Shown: in pieces, positions 1 through 10,012 of the stretch
How positions within the stretch are numbered: the first letter of the stretch is position 1
Layout of the letters: each line of letters begins with the position of its first letter
Assembly: GCA_900754115.1 (NCBI GenBank)
Contig: CAAEBM010000056.1
Coordinates: 2,936 to 66,935 of the forward strand
Direction: 5' to 3'
From: Bacilli bacterium
Lineage (GTDB): Bacteria > Bacillota_I > Bacilli_A > RFN20 > CAG-631
Length of the DNA: 64,000 nt
Notes under the pieces: generated by a model
Database searches by the model: none
What the model was told of the DNA's origin: nothing
The model's input: the letters and a program-made list of their open reading frames with translations, nothing else
Position numbers and translations under genes: made by a program

Positions 1-80
1 GTCAATGAAGCCATTCAAAAAAAGATGAAGTGAAAAAGAAAACAAAAATTCATTTTTTTAGTCTTATTTTAAATATGATA

Positions 81-113
81 AAAGCCATCGCTTAAAAAAC
101 GATGGCTTTTGCT
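81..113 (+). terminator. Rho-independent terminator hairpin
   Basis: AAAGCCATCG-N9-CGATGGCTTT, a perfect 10-bp stem followed by a T-rich tail. It lies downstream of an open frame that enters the window and stops at TGA 31-33. Confidence 0.6.
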
Positions 114-193
114 TTAAATTTTGTCAATAAGTTTGAAATATATTGTTTTTCTAATGTTTCTAACTCTTTTGTACGATTGATGAATTTTTGCAT
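92..193 (-). pseudogene. 33-codon N-terminal remnant resembling the start of an archaeal-type/DUF234-like AAA ATPase
   Basis: GGAGG RBS then ATG (complement of 191-193). Peptide MQKFINRTKELETLEKQYISNLLTKFKAKAIVF* resembles the FxNRxxELxxLxxxY N-termini of that ATPase family. The frame runs into the terminator hairpin and stops. Confidence 0.3.
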
Positions 194-351
194 TTTTATT
201 CCTCCTATACTCTCTTGTTAATGTTATAACCAAAATTATAATAATTTCAAGTATAATAAATGTTAAGCAACTTTTAAAATAAAAAAAGTAACTTTATCGA
301 CGAATTGTTACTTTTTTTAAATATAGATAAAAGAAAATTAAAATATCGCTT

Positions 352-1626
352 TTATTTTGAATGTTGTTTTTTAAAGGTTTCAATTGAAATGGATTGTCCT
401 TTATGAATTCTAGATTCTTCTGCAGCCATACAAACCAAATGACTCATTACAGATTTTTCTATGCTGGAATCGATTTTACTTTCTTGATTTTCTAAAAGGT
501 TAATTAGTTCGTTGAGCATGACGCGATCTCCACCTAAATGACCACTGAGATCATCTGTTAAAGTCGTTGCATCAATGATGATTTCTTCTCCACTAATAAA
601 AGGGTGGACAATGATTTGGTTGGTCAATCCGTTTGCAATTAAATCCCCTTTTGTTCCATAAATTCGCAAGGTACGATAACAATCATTTGAAAAAGCACAC
701 ATCGTATGAGTGACAGTGATTTGGTCTTCATATTGAATATTCATCACTTGATGATCGACCACATCATTATCACAAGCAAAAACACATTGTCCATAAGGGC
801 TTGTCTTTAAAGCTTCCAATAACTTTTCTGGTGTAGGATCTAAAACGACAACATCATAGGGCCAACCCAATACTTTTTGTTTTTTTGCATTATCTACATA
901 ATAACGAACCGCATCATAAGGACATTGGGAAGCAACTTTACAATCAATACAACGAGTAGCACTTCCTTTTGGTGCGTTTTCTTTTTTAAAATAGCGTAAA
1001 GAACCATAAGAAGAAACAAAAAGTGGTTTTTTACCAATGAGCCAATTTAATAAATCTGCATCATGACAGCATTTTGCTAAAATCATTGGTGCAGTTTCTT
1101 TTGAATTACGCCAATTTCCTCTTACAAAACTATGTGCTTGATGCCAATATCCTACATTTTCAACGCTATTGATATTGACGATTTCTCCTAATTGTGAAGA
1201 ATCAATAATTTCTTTAATTTTACGATAAAAAGCAGTATAACGTAAAACGTGACAGATGACAACAATCCGATTTTTTTCTAAAGCTTTTTTTTCAATTTCT
1301 ATGCATTCTTCAATAGAAGGAGAAATAGGCTTTTCTAATAACAAATGATAATTTAAGGATAAAGCAGCCATAGCGTGTTCATAATGTTGTTGATCTAAAG
1401 TTGCAATGATTAAAAGATCTGCTAATTTTCCCGCTTTAAAAAAATCCTTTGAATTGGAATAACAGCAGGAAGCATCTAAATGATATTTATTTTGATAATA
1501 GGCTAATTTTTTTTCATCGATATCACAAATGGCTGTGATTTGTACTTTATCTTTTAATGTATTTAAATAATCCCCATAAGTCGTAGCTCCTCTACTTCCG
1601 ACTCCTAAAATTGCAATTTTCAACAT
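352..1626 (-). CDS. Gfo/Idh/MocA family NAD(P)-dependent oxidoreductase
   Basis: 424-aa ORF. N-terminal Rossmann motif MLKIAILGVGSRG and the EKP motif (LLLEKPIS) typical of this family. RBS-like AAAAGGTGA upstream. Confidence 0.8.
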   Translation of the reverse strand: MLKIAILGVGSRGATTYGDYLNTLKDKVQITAICDIDEKKLAYYQNKYHLDASCCYSNSKDFFKAGKLADLLIIATLDQQHYEHAMAALSLNYHLLLEKPISPSIEECIEIEKKALEKNRIVVICHVLRYTAFYRKIKEIIDSSQLGEIVNINSVENVGYWHQAHSFVRGNWRNSKETAPMILAKCCHDADLLNWLIGKKPLFVSSYGSLRYFKKENAPKGSATRCIDCKVASQCPYDAVRYYVDNAKKQKVLGWPYDVVVLDPTPEKLLEALKTSPYGQCVFACDNDVVDHQVMNIQYEDQITVTHTMCAFSNDCYRTLRIYGTKGDLIANGLTNQIIVHPFISGEEIIIDATTLTDDLSGHLGGDRVMLNELINLLENQESKIDSSIEKSVMSHLVCMAAEESRIHKGQSISIETFKKQHSK

Positions 1627-1772
1627 TTTATCACCTTTTTCCTATACCATTATAATTGATTTAAAATTTAAAAACAATTCTAAAAAAAAATGAATGAAAT
1701 ATTTTTTTTTACAAAATATTTATGCTATGATATTAATAGTAGTAGTCATATCAATTAAAAAAGGAGAATCTT

Positions 1773-3008
1773 ATGTATAAAAAAGAATGTGTTGCCATGA
1801 TTTTGGCAGGAGGACAGGGAAGTCGATTGGGTGCCTTAACTAAAAAAATAGCCAAACCAGCCGTTCCTTTTGGCGCCAAATATCGCATTATTGATTTTAC
1901 ATTGTCAAATTGTTCTAATTCAGGAATTAATACAGTTGGGGTTTTAACACAATATCAACCTTTAGAGTTAAATACGTATATTGGCAATGGTCAACCTTGG
2001 GATTTAGATGTCAGTAATGGTGGGGTGTTTGTTTTACCTCCTTATATGAAAGCAGAAAAAGGGGAATGGTATAAAGGAACCGCGAATGCCATTTATCAAA
2101 ATATTGAATTTATTGATGGTTTTGATCCTGAATATGTATTAATTTTATCAGGAGATCACATTTATAAAATGGATTATTCAAAAATGTTACAATACCATAT
2201 TAAAAAGAATGCTGATGTGACCATTTCAACTATAACCGTTCCCTTAGAAGAAGCAAGCCGTTTTGGGATTTTAACTTATGATGAAGAAGGAAAAGTATTA
2301 CAATTTGATGAAAAACCTAAACATCCTAAAAGTAATCAAGCTTCTATGGGAATTTATATCTTTAATTGGAAAGTGTTAAAAGAAGAATTGATTTTAGATG
2401 AAAACAATCCTCAGTCATCAAACGATTTTGGAAAAGATGTCATTCCCTCTATTTTAAAAAAGGGAATGCGACTTTATGGTTATCCTTTTAAAGGATATTG
2501 GAAAGATGTGGGCACCATTAGTAGTTTATGGGAAGCCAACATGGATTTATTAGAAGAAGATAATGAATTTAATTTAGATGATGCTACATGGCCCATTATG
2601 GCTCGTTCAAGTGCTTTACCACCCCATTATATTGCTAAATCGGGAGTAATAAAACAATCATTAGTCACAGAAGGGTGTGAGATTGAAGGAGAAGTAGAAC
2701 ATTCTATTTTATTTAGTGGGGTTAAAATTGGTAAAAATAGTCAAGTTATTGACAGCATTATCATGAATAATACGATTATTGGAGAAAATGTATACATCAA
2801 AAAAGCCATTATTAGCAATGATTGTGTAATAGAAAATGATGTTTCAATTAATGAAGAAGGAATAGAAACACCAGAATATGTTTCAACAAGAATTTGTTCC
2901 CAAGATCTTTCTTTAATTGCGCCTAAGGTAAAAATAAATAAAAATGTTAAAATTGGAAAATTGTCGATGATTAATTCTTCGATTAAAGCAAAGGAGGGAC
3001 AACGATAA
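1773..3008 (+). CDS. glgC: glucose-1-phosphate adenylyltransferase
   Basis: 411 aa. [13 protein letters not shown] nucleotide-binding motif, [18 protein letters not shown], and a C-terminal left-handed beta-helix repeat region. AAGGAG RBS. Confidence 0.95.
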   Translation: MYKKECVAMILAGGQGSRLGALTKKIAKPAVPFGAKYRIIDFTLSNCSNSGINTVGVLTQYQPLELNTYIGNGQPWDLDVSNGGVFVLPPYMKAEKGEWYKGTANAIYQNIEFIDGFDPEYVLILSGDHIYKMDYSKMLQYHIKKNADVTISTITVPLEEASRFGILTYDEEGKVLQFDEKPKHPKSNQASMGIYIFNWKVLKEELILDENNPQSSNDFGKDVIPSILKKGMRLYGYPFKGYWKDVGTISSLWEANMDLLEEDNEFNLDDATWPIMARSSALPPHYIAKSGVIKQSLVTEGCEIEGEVEHSILFSGVKIGKNSQVIDSIIMNNTIIGENVYIKKAIISNDCVIENDVSINEEGIETPEYVSTRICSQDLSLIAPKVKINKNVKIGKLSMINSSIKAKEGQR

Positions 3009-4126
3009 TGAAAGATGTTTTAGGGATTATTTTTGCAGATGATCAACATACTAAAATTGGAGAACTGACAAATCGCCGCCCATTAGCAGCTATTCCTGTC
3101 GCTGGTCGTTATCGCTGTATTGACTTTGTTTTATCTGATATGGTAAATAGTGGTATTATCAATATTGCCGTCGTTACCCAAAACAATTATCATTCATTAA
3201 TGGACCATTTAGGAAGTGGAAAGGCTTGGAATTTAAGCCGTAAAAAATATGGTTTATATCTTTTTCCACCTTATAGCAGCCCAGATAGTGCTGGACATGA
3301 TAGTCGCATCGATATTTTATATAGTTTACTTTCTTATTTAAAACACTCTTCTCAACAATATGTCATTTTAAGTGAAAGTAATCTTGTCATCAATGCCACC
3401 TTTACAAAGGCTTTTGCCCATCATTTAGAGACAAAAGCAGATATCACAGTGTTATATGAAAAAATGAATTCATTCAATCAAATGAAAGAAAATGATTCGT
3501 TTATTTATACAGATAAAGAAGGTGCAGTGATTGATATTGAAATCAATGCTAATTACAATGAATCTGATAAACGTTGTATTGGAGTATACATTATTGACCG
3601 AATTCGTTTAATTCAAATCATTGAAAACTCTTTTTCTAGAGGGAAAAAAGGATATTTAATGAATTTAATTTCACGTAATATTGGACGATTAAATATACAA
3701 TCTTATCAAATTACCTCTTATATGCAACGCATAGCGGATATTGGAGATTTTTATCGTGTCAATATGGAAATTTTAAAACAAGAAGCTAGAGAAAAACTTT
3801 TTCAAGCCGATAATACCATTTACACAAAAGTCAAAGATACAATTCCGACGACTTATTTAAAAAATGCAAAGGTTAAAAATAGTTTTATCGCTGATGGATG
3901 TGTCATTGATGGAACGGTAGAAAATTGTATTCTTTTCCGTGGAGTAAAAGTAAAAAAAGGAGCAGTATTAAAAAATTGTATTATTTTACAACAATCTGAA
4001 ATATTAGCAAATTGTCATTTAGAAAATGTAATAACCGATAAATTAGTTTTAATCAATGAAGGAAAAACTTTAATTGGAACAAAAGATTTTCCTATCGTTG
4101 TACCAAAAGAAAAAGTGATTTTATAA
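3008..4126 (+). CDS. glgD: glucose-1-phosphate adenylyltransferase regulatory subunit GlgD
   Basis: 372 aa. GlgC paralogue that lacks the GGxGxRL motif (PVAGRYRCIDFVLSDMVNSG). Its start overlaps the glgC stop (TAATG). This is the Firmicute glgC-glgD arrangement. Confidence 0.9.
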   Translation: MKDVLGIIFADDQHTKIGELTNRRPLAAIPVAGRYRCIDFVLSDMVNSGIINIAVVTQNNYHSLMDHLGSGKAWNLSRKKYGLYLFPPYSSPDSAGHDSRIDILYSLLSYLKHSSQQYVILSESNLVINATFTKAFAHHLETKADITVLYEKMNSFNQMKENDSFIYTDKEGAVIDIEINANYNESDKRCIGVYIIDRIRLIQIIENSFSRGKKGYLMNLISRNIGRLNIQSYQITSYMQRIADIGDFYRVNMEILKQEAREKLFQADNTIYTKVKDTIPTTYLKNAKVKNSFIADGCVIDGTVENCILFRGVKVKKGAVLKNCIILQQSEILANCHLENVITDKLVLINEGKTLIGTKDFPIVVPKEKVIL

Positions 4127-4146
4127 AAAGCAAGGAGGTTGACGCA

Positions 4147-5571
4147 ATGAAAAAGATCAAAGTACTCATGGTGACCAGTGAAGCCGAACCTTTTGCAAAA
4201 ACAGGAGGACTGGGTGATGTTTTAGGAGCCTTACCTCAAGCTTTAAAACAACAAGATATTGATGTTCGAGTGGTCATGCCTCGTTATCAAATCATTCCTG
4301 AAGTTTATAAAGAAAAGATGAAGTATTTGGGTTATATTTATATTGATGTCAATTGGAGACATCAATATTGTGGAATTTTTTCTTTAAAAAAAGAAGGGGT
4401 GACCTATTATTTTTTAGATAATGAATTTTACTTTGGCAGTGATCATCTTTACGATGAGATGGATTTAGAACGATTTAGTTTTCTAAGTTATGGTGCCTTT
4501 GACTTATTAGCTTTTTTAAATTATCAACCCGACATTTTACATTTACATGATTGGCATACGGGAGCGATTGCCGCTTTATTTGATTATCGGTATCGTCATC
4601 TACCTTTTTATCAAAATATTAAAATTGTTTATACGATTCATAACTTACAATATCAAGGAAAATTTGATGCACAACATGTCAAGGATATGCTTCCTTTGTC
4701 TGATGATTATTATGATGGTTATTTAGCTAATTTCATGGCTTGGGGAATTCGTTATGCACATCAAATCACGACAGTCAGTCCTTCTTATAAAGAAGAGATA
4801 CAAACACAAAAATATGGAGAGGGATTAAATCATTTATTATACCAATATAAAGATAAATTAGTGGGAATTTTAAATGGCATTGATGTGAAACGCTATAGTC
4901 CTGAAGTCGATAATGAAATATATTATAAATATACAAAAGAGTCTTATCGCCAAATAAAACCATTAAATAAAAAGAAATTATTACAAGAAATGCAATTGAA
5001 TGAAGATCTCAATCCCCCTTTGATTGGAATTGTTACACGCTTAGCAACCCAAAAAGGGATTGATTTAATACTAGGTGCGCTTCATCAAATTTTAAAAGAA
5101 GATATAAACGTTGTTTGCTTAGGAAGTGGAGACAAACAATATGAACAGGCTTTATTAGATTTGATGAATCAATATCCGACAAAATTCAAAGCAGTTTTAA
5201 AATTTGATAATACTTTAGCGCATAAGATTTATGCATCAAGCGATTTGTTTTTAATGCCTAGTATTTTTGAACCTTGTGGGTTAGCACAAATGATTTGCTT
5301 ACGATATGGAACCTTACCGATTGTTCGAGAAGTGGGTGGCTTAAAAGATACGATTTCATCTTATGATGAAATAAAACAAGAAGGAAATGGTTTTTCTTTC
5401 ACTTATTATAACTTAAATGATTTTATTTATACCATTTATCGTGCAATTGGTTTATACTATAATAAAGAGGTGTTTTGCCAAATAATTGATCAAGCGATGG
5501 ATTGTGATTTTTCTTGGCATGCATCCGCTCTTCAATACAAAAAAGTGTATTGTGAATGTTTAAAAAAATAA
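4147..5571 (+). CDS. glgA: glycogen synthase (ADP-glucose type, GT5)
   Basis: 474 aa. N-terminal SEAEPFAKTGGLGDV motif and C-terminal EPCGLAQM motif. AAGGAGG RBS. Confidence 0.95.
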   Translation: MKKIKVLMVTSEAEPFAKTGGLGDVLGALPQALKQQDIDVRVVMPRYQIIPEVYKEKMKYLGYIYIDVNWRHQYCGIFSLKKEGVTYYFLDNEFYFGSDHLYDEMDLERFSFLSYGAFDLLAFLNYQPDILHLHDWHTGAIAALFDYRYRHLPFYQNIKIVYTIHNLQYQGKFDAQHVKDMLPLSDDYYDGYLANFMAWGIRYAHQITTVSPSYKEEIQTQKYGEGLNHLLYQYKDKLVGILNGIDVKRYSPEVDNEIYYKYTKESYRQIKPLNKKKLLQEMQLNEDLNPPLIGIVTRLATQKGIDLILGALHQILKEDINVVCLGSGDKQYEQALLDLMNQYPTKFKAVLKFDNTLAHKIYASSDLFLMPSIFEPCGLAQMICLRYGTLPIVREVGGLKDTISSYDEIKQEGNGFSFTYYNLNDFIYTIYRAIGLYYNKEVFCQIIDQAMDCDFSWHASALQYKKVYCECLKK

Positions 5572-5586
5572 AAGGAGTAAAGAAGT

Positions 5587-5985
5587 ATGGAAAAAAAGGA
5601 AAAGACAAACACGGGGAAATACCATGTGACTAAACATCCAGATGGTGGTTGGCAAGTCGTTCTTGGAGGAGGAAGTAAAGTTATTCGGCGCACTAAGACG
5701 CAAGAAGAAGCGTTTAAAATAGCAAAAGAATTCGCAGAAAACAAAAATTCTACAGTTTATCTTCATGGAAAAAAAGGTTCAATTCGTTCGGCAGCTTCCT
5801 TTAAAAAAGAAGAAGAAAAAACAAATAAAAAAGTAAAAGAAGAAAAACCAGTTGTTAAGAAAGTGAAAGAAGAGAAAAAAGGAAAAGAAGAACCAATTAA
5901 GGACACGAAAGCAACGAAAGCAAAAGAAACGAAAAAAAGTGTTTCTGCAGAAAAAAAAGCAACGAAAAACACGAAGAAAAAATAG
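5587..5985 (+). CDS. DUF2188-like small protein with a Lys/Glu-rich tail
   Basis: 132 aa. The N-terminal ~65 aa (YHVTKHPDGGWQV...TQEEAFKIAKEFAENKNSTVYLHGKKGSIR) match the DUF2188 pattern. The C-terminal ~65 aa are low-complexity KKVKEEK-type repeats. AAGGAG RBS. Confidence 0.7.
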   Translation: MEKKEKTNTGKYHVTKHPDGGWQVVLGGGSKVIRRTKTQEEAFKIAKEFAENKNSTVYLHGKKGSIRSAASFKKEEEKTNKKVKEEKPVVKKVKEEKKGKEEPIKDTKATKAKETKKSVSAEKKATKNTKKK

Positions 5986-5999
5986 TGGAGGAATGAAGA

Positions 6000-6704
6000 A
6001 TGGTAAAGGTCAAGAAAAAAAAGGTCCATTCGGCCGCTTATAGAACCAAAACCTATACTATTGAAGAAGTTGTCTCCATTCCCTATGAATTTGTTTGCGA
6101 AAAATGCCAAGAAAAAACCTTCAATGAATATAAGATTCGAAAACACTGCAATTATACGGTAATGACTGAAAAAACAAAGGATAATGAATGGATTGATTTG
6201 CCTTTGCCAAAAGAAGTGGAAGAAAAGACGTATCAACAGTTTGATAATGAAATTCAAAATGAAATAGAAGTTTTACAAAAAAGTATTTCTAAAAACAATT
6301 ATCATATGATACATGACCATTTATGCAGTCATTGCAGAGCACCCCAAAGTTGGAAAGCGATATATGAATATCGGTTAAACCTTTTGTTTTCATTTTTTAT
6401 TTCTTTATTGATAATTGGTTGTGGTGCTTTAGTTGGTTTAATATTAGATAACGCTTTAAGCAATTTAGCCCGCTCCATTCATATCAATTTTATTCAAGAT
6501 TTATTTAATAATGGAATTTTATTTGGAGCGTTGATTGGACTTATTGTGGCTATTATTTACTTATTACGACATTGGGCGAAACAAGATGATGTACGATATA
6601 ATATCGAAAATGTACCCAAAAAAGAAATTCCTATTCTTCATTTTGATCAAATCAAAGTAGAAAAAAAGACTTATGAATTGTTAAAAGAAGATCGATTGAA
6701 ATAA
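6000..6704 (+). CDS. hypothetical membrane protein with a split CxxC...CxxC motif
   Basis: 234 aa. Contains CEKC and CSHC pairs and two predicted TM helices (LLFSFFISLLIIGCGALVGLIL; ILFGALIGLIVAIIYLL). GGAGG RBS. Confidence 0.6.
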   Translation: MVKVKKKKVHSAAYRTKTYTIEEVVSIPYEFVCEKCQEKTFNEYKIRKHCNYTVMTEKTKDNEWIDLPLPKEVEEKTYQQFDNEIQNEIEVLQKSISKNNYHMIHDHLCSHCRAPQSWKAIYEYRLNLLFSFFISLLIIGCGALVGLILDNALSNLARSIHINFIQDLFNNGILFGALIGLIVAIIYLLRHWAKQDDVRYNIENVPKKEIPILHFDQIKVEKKTYELLKEDRLK

Positions 6705-6737
6705 AAAAGAACTTGAGATAACCCAAGTTCTTTTTTT
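6704..6737. terminator. bidirectional terminator between convergent genes
   Basis: AGAACTTG-N8-CAAGTTCT stem with an A-run on one side and a T-run on the other. It lies between the stops at 6704 (+) and 6739 (-). Confidence 0.7.
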
Positions 6738-6738
6738 A

Positions 6739-7278
6739 TTAATAATTATTTGCTTTTAATTCAAAGTAAGCTTTGTCATGGCTGCAAACAGGGCAAATCG
6801 TAGGAGCTTGTTTACCAATGTGGACATGACCACAATTTCTGCACACCCAAACTACTGGAGATTCTTTTTCAAATACGGTTCCAGTATTGACATTTTCTAA
6901 TAATTTTAAATATCTTTCTTCATGTGTTTTTTCAATTTTTGCAACAGCATTGAAAAGGTAAGCTAATTTATCAAAACCTTCTTCTTTGGCTACTTTTTCA
7001 AATTCAGCATACATTTCGGTCCATTCTTCATGTTCTCCAGCTGCAGCGATTTTTAAGCATTCCATTGTTGAAGGGATTTCGCCACCACATAAATATTTAA
7101 ACCAAATTTTTGCGTGTTCTTTTTCATTGGCTGCGGTTTCTTCAAAAATAGCAGCGATTTGTTGATATCCTTCCTTTTTGGCTTTAGAAGCAAAATAAGT
7201 ATATTTATTTCTTGCTTGAGATTCACCAGCAAATGCAACGGCTAAATTCGCTTCTGTTCTACTTCCTTTTAAATCCAT
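6739..7278 (-). CDS. rbr: rubrerythrin
   Basis: 179 aa. Ferritin-like di-iron ExxH motifs ([21 protein letters not shown]) plus a C-terminal rubredoxin-type CRNC...CPVC. Confidence 0.92.
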   Translation of the reverse strand: MDLKGSRTEANLAVAFAGESQARNKYTYFASKAKKEGYQQIAAIFEETAANEKEHAKIWFKYLCGGEIPSTMECLKIAAAGEHEEWTEMYAEFEKVAKEEGFDKLAYLFNAVAKIEKTHEERYLKLLENVNTGTVFEKESPVVWVCRNCGHVHIGKQAPTICPVCSHDKAYFELKANNY

Positions 7279-7467
7279 AGTTGTTTCCTCCCTTTGTATT
7301 TATACTTATATTATAGGTTAAAAAATCTCAGTTCTCAACAAAAAAAAGATAATTTTTGATTAAAAGTGTAAGGAAAGCCATGAAATAATATTAAAATTAA
7401 AAAAAATAAATATTTTTTTTAAATAAAAGTATGGTATAATAAAAATAATCACGAAGGAGAGATGCGA

Positions 7468-8247
7468 ATGTTTACTTTTGACATTGATTACACAAATGAA
7501 GAGTATATGGAGTATTATAAAGATGTTTTGATTACGAGAAAAATTGTGCGAAACATTATTTTTATTTTAATTTTTGTGGCGATTGCAGTGATTTGGTGGG
7601 TGGACAAAACAGATGCAACTAAAGGAAACTTTATCCCTATATTTGCATTAGTTGCAGCAGTTATCTTACCCCTATCTAATTTACTATACATTCCTTTATT
7701 AAAAAGACAATTGCGATTAAGAGAAAATGAAGTTAAAAATGTGCATTTGTTTTTAACTTTTGAAGAAGACAAAATCATTTATGAAAATAAAACCGAACCT
7801 TTACCTCCTATTGAACCAGTAGAAGCAGAAGAAAAAGACGAACAAGTAGAAAAGCAAGATACACAAAATGAAGAAGTAGTAGAATCTAAGGAAGACATAG
7901 AAACTTCTACGCAAACAGAAACTGAAGAAGAATTTGAAACGGAAGAGGAAGAAGAAAAAAAAGAACCTCAAAAAGTGTTCACTTTGCACTACAATAATTT
8001 TTATGAAGTGACTTCAACTAAAAATTTAATTATGATGGCTTTGGATCGCCAAACGGTCATTATTATTCCAAAGCGTACCATTCAAACTGGAACAATTGAT
8101 AATTTTATTCAATTTTTGTCAAGTAAGATTTACCCTTCTAGATTTAAAATAAAAGGAGTAAAAAGTACGTATGTGAATGCCCAAGTTTCAGAACCCATAC
8201 AAGAAAATGATAAAAATGAAGAATCTCAAGATGATAAAAATCAATAA
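7468..8247 (+). CDS. YcxB-like membrane protein with an acidic low-complexity insert
   Basis: Two N-terminal TM helices, a central E/D/Q-rich stretch and a C-terminal YcxB-like region (LDRQTVIIIPKR). ATG 7468 lies 8 nt after GGAG, which fits better than ATG 7462. Confidence 0.6.
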   Translation: MFTFDIDYTNEEYMEYYKDVLITRKIVRNIIFILIFVAIAVIWWVDKTDATKGNFIPIFALVAAVILPLSNLLYIPLLKRQLRLRENEVKNVHLFLTFEEDKIIYENKTEPLPPIEPVEAEEKDEQVEKQDTQNEEVVESKEDIETSTQTETEEEFETEEEEEKKEPQKVFTLHYNNFYEVTSTKNLIMMALDRQTVIIIPKRTIQTGTIDNFIQFLSSKIYPSRFKIKGVKSTYVNAQVSEPIQENDKNEESQDDKNQ

Positions 8248-8248
8248 A

Positions 8249-8277
8249 AATATAGGATAGATTCCTATATTTTTTTT
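8249..8277 (+). terminator. Rho-independent terminator
   Basis: AATATAGGA-TAGAT-TCCTATATT stem-loop followed by a T7 run. Confidence 0.75.
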
Positions 8278-8353
8278 AATATTTTACCCTTCTTTAGCCG
8301 TATATTTTTACAAAATAAAGGGCATAATGATACTGATACTAAAGGAGAAGAAT

Positions 8354-8566
8354 ATGAATAATTTAAAAAATCAAGTTTCGGTTACCGATTTTAAATATGC
8401 AAAAGAAATTCTTGAATTAACGTTACTTTTTTATAAAAAGATTCAACTCTATAAAAATCAAGCCCATGAAGAAGTCATCAGTTCAAAATTAGAAGAATTA
8501 AGTAAAAATTGTTTAGAACAATTTGAACAACTCTTATCGATTTTGGAGGTGCAAGATAATGAATAA
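8354..8566 (+). CDS. small helical hypothetical protein
   Basis: 70 aa. AAGGAG RBS 7 nt upstream of ATG 8354. Overlaps the next ORF by 8 nt, so they probably form an operon pair. Confidence 0.5.
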   Translation: MNNLKNQVSVTDFKYAKEILELTLLFYKKIQLYKNQAHEEVISSKLEELSKNCLEQFEQLLSILEVQDNE

Positions 8567-8882
8567 AAAAACATTGAGCAAGACACCTATCAATCACAAA
8601 GAGGAATTTAATGATTATGATATTTTATATGATTGCAAACAAACAGCACATGATTTATTAGTTCTTTATTTTTATTTTATGGCAGAAGTTTCTAGTGAGC
8701 AAAATTTTAATAAAATTGAAGAAGTGGCGTATGAACTCATTGAAGATTATCGAGGAATGCTTACGCTTATTCAACAATTGGGATGGTATCATGAAGATAT
8801 CATTCCCAATAATGAAGTCGTTTCGTTAATTCATTCTTTGAAATCTAAACGTAAAACGATTGAAAAGAAAAATAATTTGTAA
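8559..8882 (+). CDS. Coat F domain-like small protein
   Basis: 107 aa from ATG 8559, with GGAGGTG upstream. The pattern NDYDILYDCKQ...AEVSS...QQLGWY resembles the Coat F family (NDxDIL...E...GWY). Assignment is from memory of the motif only. Confidence 0.45.
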   Translation: MNKKTLSKTPINHKEEFNDYDILYDCKQTAHDLLVLYFYFMAEVSSEQNFNKIEEVAYELIEDYRGMLTLIQQLGWYHEDIIPNNEVVSLIHSLKSKRKTIEKKNNL

Positions 8883-8885
8883 AAT

Positions 8886-8913
8886 AAAAAGTTGACTTCG
8901 TGTCAACTTTTTA
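8886..8913. terminator. bidirectional terminator
   Basis: AAAAGTTGAC-TTCGT-GTCAACTTTT perfect 10-bp stem between convergent genes. Confidence 0.75.
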
Positions 8914-9405
8914 TTTATTGATATGATGTGCAACATCAATTAATGCCACAGGAGATTTGAAAACACGAACAACCACTTTTTCTTTATCTACTTGGTCAAT
9001 ATGAATTAAAGCAACATCAATTTTTGGACTAGGTAAAACATTAGCTTCAGGTTCCTTAGCAAAAGAAGGATCAATATCTTTAATTTCAATGTCTTCATCT
9101 GTTTCTGGATAAAGAGCGACGCCATCTTTTACTAAAACAACTTCTTTTCCTTTTTCAATTTGAATGTTTCTTAAAGGAACATAAGAAAGCAATTCTTTCT
9201 TTCTCAAATTTGCTTTTGCAATGAAGGAAAAGACAGCAAAAGCGAATAAAGCAACAATTAAGACTGCCATGACAACAATGCTTAACACATCAAAACGATC
9301 AATAGGGAAAGTAGTAGCATAATAAATAATGGCAATGGCATCAATGATAAATAAAATGTCTAATACTTTAGCAGCTTTACTTTTTGATCTCATTTTATTC
9401 ACCAT
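8911..9405 (-). CDS. hypothetical membrane protein
   Basis: 164 aa. Two N-terminal TM helices followed by a soluble C-terminal domain. Overlaps the upstream ORF by 11 nt. Confidence 0.55.
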   Translation of the reverse strand: MVNKMRSKSKAAKVLDILFIIDAIAIIYYATTFPIDRFDVLSIVVMAVLIVALFAFAVFSFIAKANLRKKELLSYVPLRNIQIEKGKEVVLVKDGVALYPETDEDIEIKDIDPSFAKEPEANVLPSPKIDVALIHIDQVDKEKVVVRVFKSPVALIDVAHHINK

Positions 9406-9784
9406 CCTTTTCTACTTCTTCATTGACAACAACCATGCTAGGCACAATTGCATCTTTGCTATAATCAATAGCATAAGCAGTTTGCTTTACATTAATCGGT
9501 GGCATTGTTTGATCATTAACTGGTTTAACTCTTAAGAAGATTAAAGCCAAAACAGAAATAATTAATACAGCAAATACAGCAATATAAAATACAGGTCCTA
9601 AATCTAAATAAGATATGAATTTTTGTACGCCATCACTGTAATACCAAGTGTGAATAGGTTCTAAAAATGTTCCACCAAGTAATTTGCCAGAAACTCCTTC
9701 AGCAACCATCACAAAAGAGAAAAAGATTCCAGCTAATCCAAAAATAATCGAAAAAATCGTAAATAATACAACACGTTTTTTCAT
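9395..9784 (-). CDS. hypothetical membrane protein
   Basis: 129 aa with two TM helices. GAGGTGAG RBS-like sequence upstream of the ATG. Confidence 0.55.
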   Translation of the reverse strand: MKKRVVLFTIFSIIFGLAGIFFSFVMVAEGVSGKLLGGTFLEPIHTWYYSDGVQKFISYLDLGPVFYIAVFAVLIISVLALIFLRVKPVNDQTMPPINVKQTAYAIDYSKDAIVPSMVVVNEEVEKDGE

Positions 9785-10012
9785 ATCAATCTCACCTCTT
9801 ATAAATAATATACTAGATTTTCAATAAAAATTCAATGTTTTTTTAATAAAAAGCGAAAAAAATATCAAAATTTGTTAAGCGATTACAAATCTGCCGATAA
9901 AAACGATAAAAATATTATTTTTAAAAAATGTTTTTTGCTCCATTTAATGCTGATAATGATAAATTTATTTATAATTAAGTGAGAAAATGCTATAATAAAT
10001 CCGGTGATTTTC

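Noticed and set aside
4775-6257. Minus-strand track ORFs 4775-4963, 5423-5608, 5532-5744, 5560-5766 and 5763-6257
   Set aside because: All lie antisense to well-supported plus-strand genes (glgA, the DUF2188 gene and the 6000-6704 ORF). They have low-complexity F/L/S-rich translations typical of the reverse complement of K/E-rich AT-rich coding sequence, and they have no RBS.
7279-7330. Possible PerR/Fur-type box upstream of rubrerythrin (TTATACTTATATTATAGG region)
   Set aside because: It matches the TTATAAT-N-ATTATAA consensus only loosely. AT-rich pseudo-palindromes of this quality are frequent throughout the window, so the site is not supportable without a genome-wide motif model.
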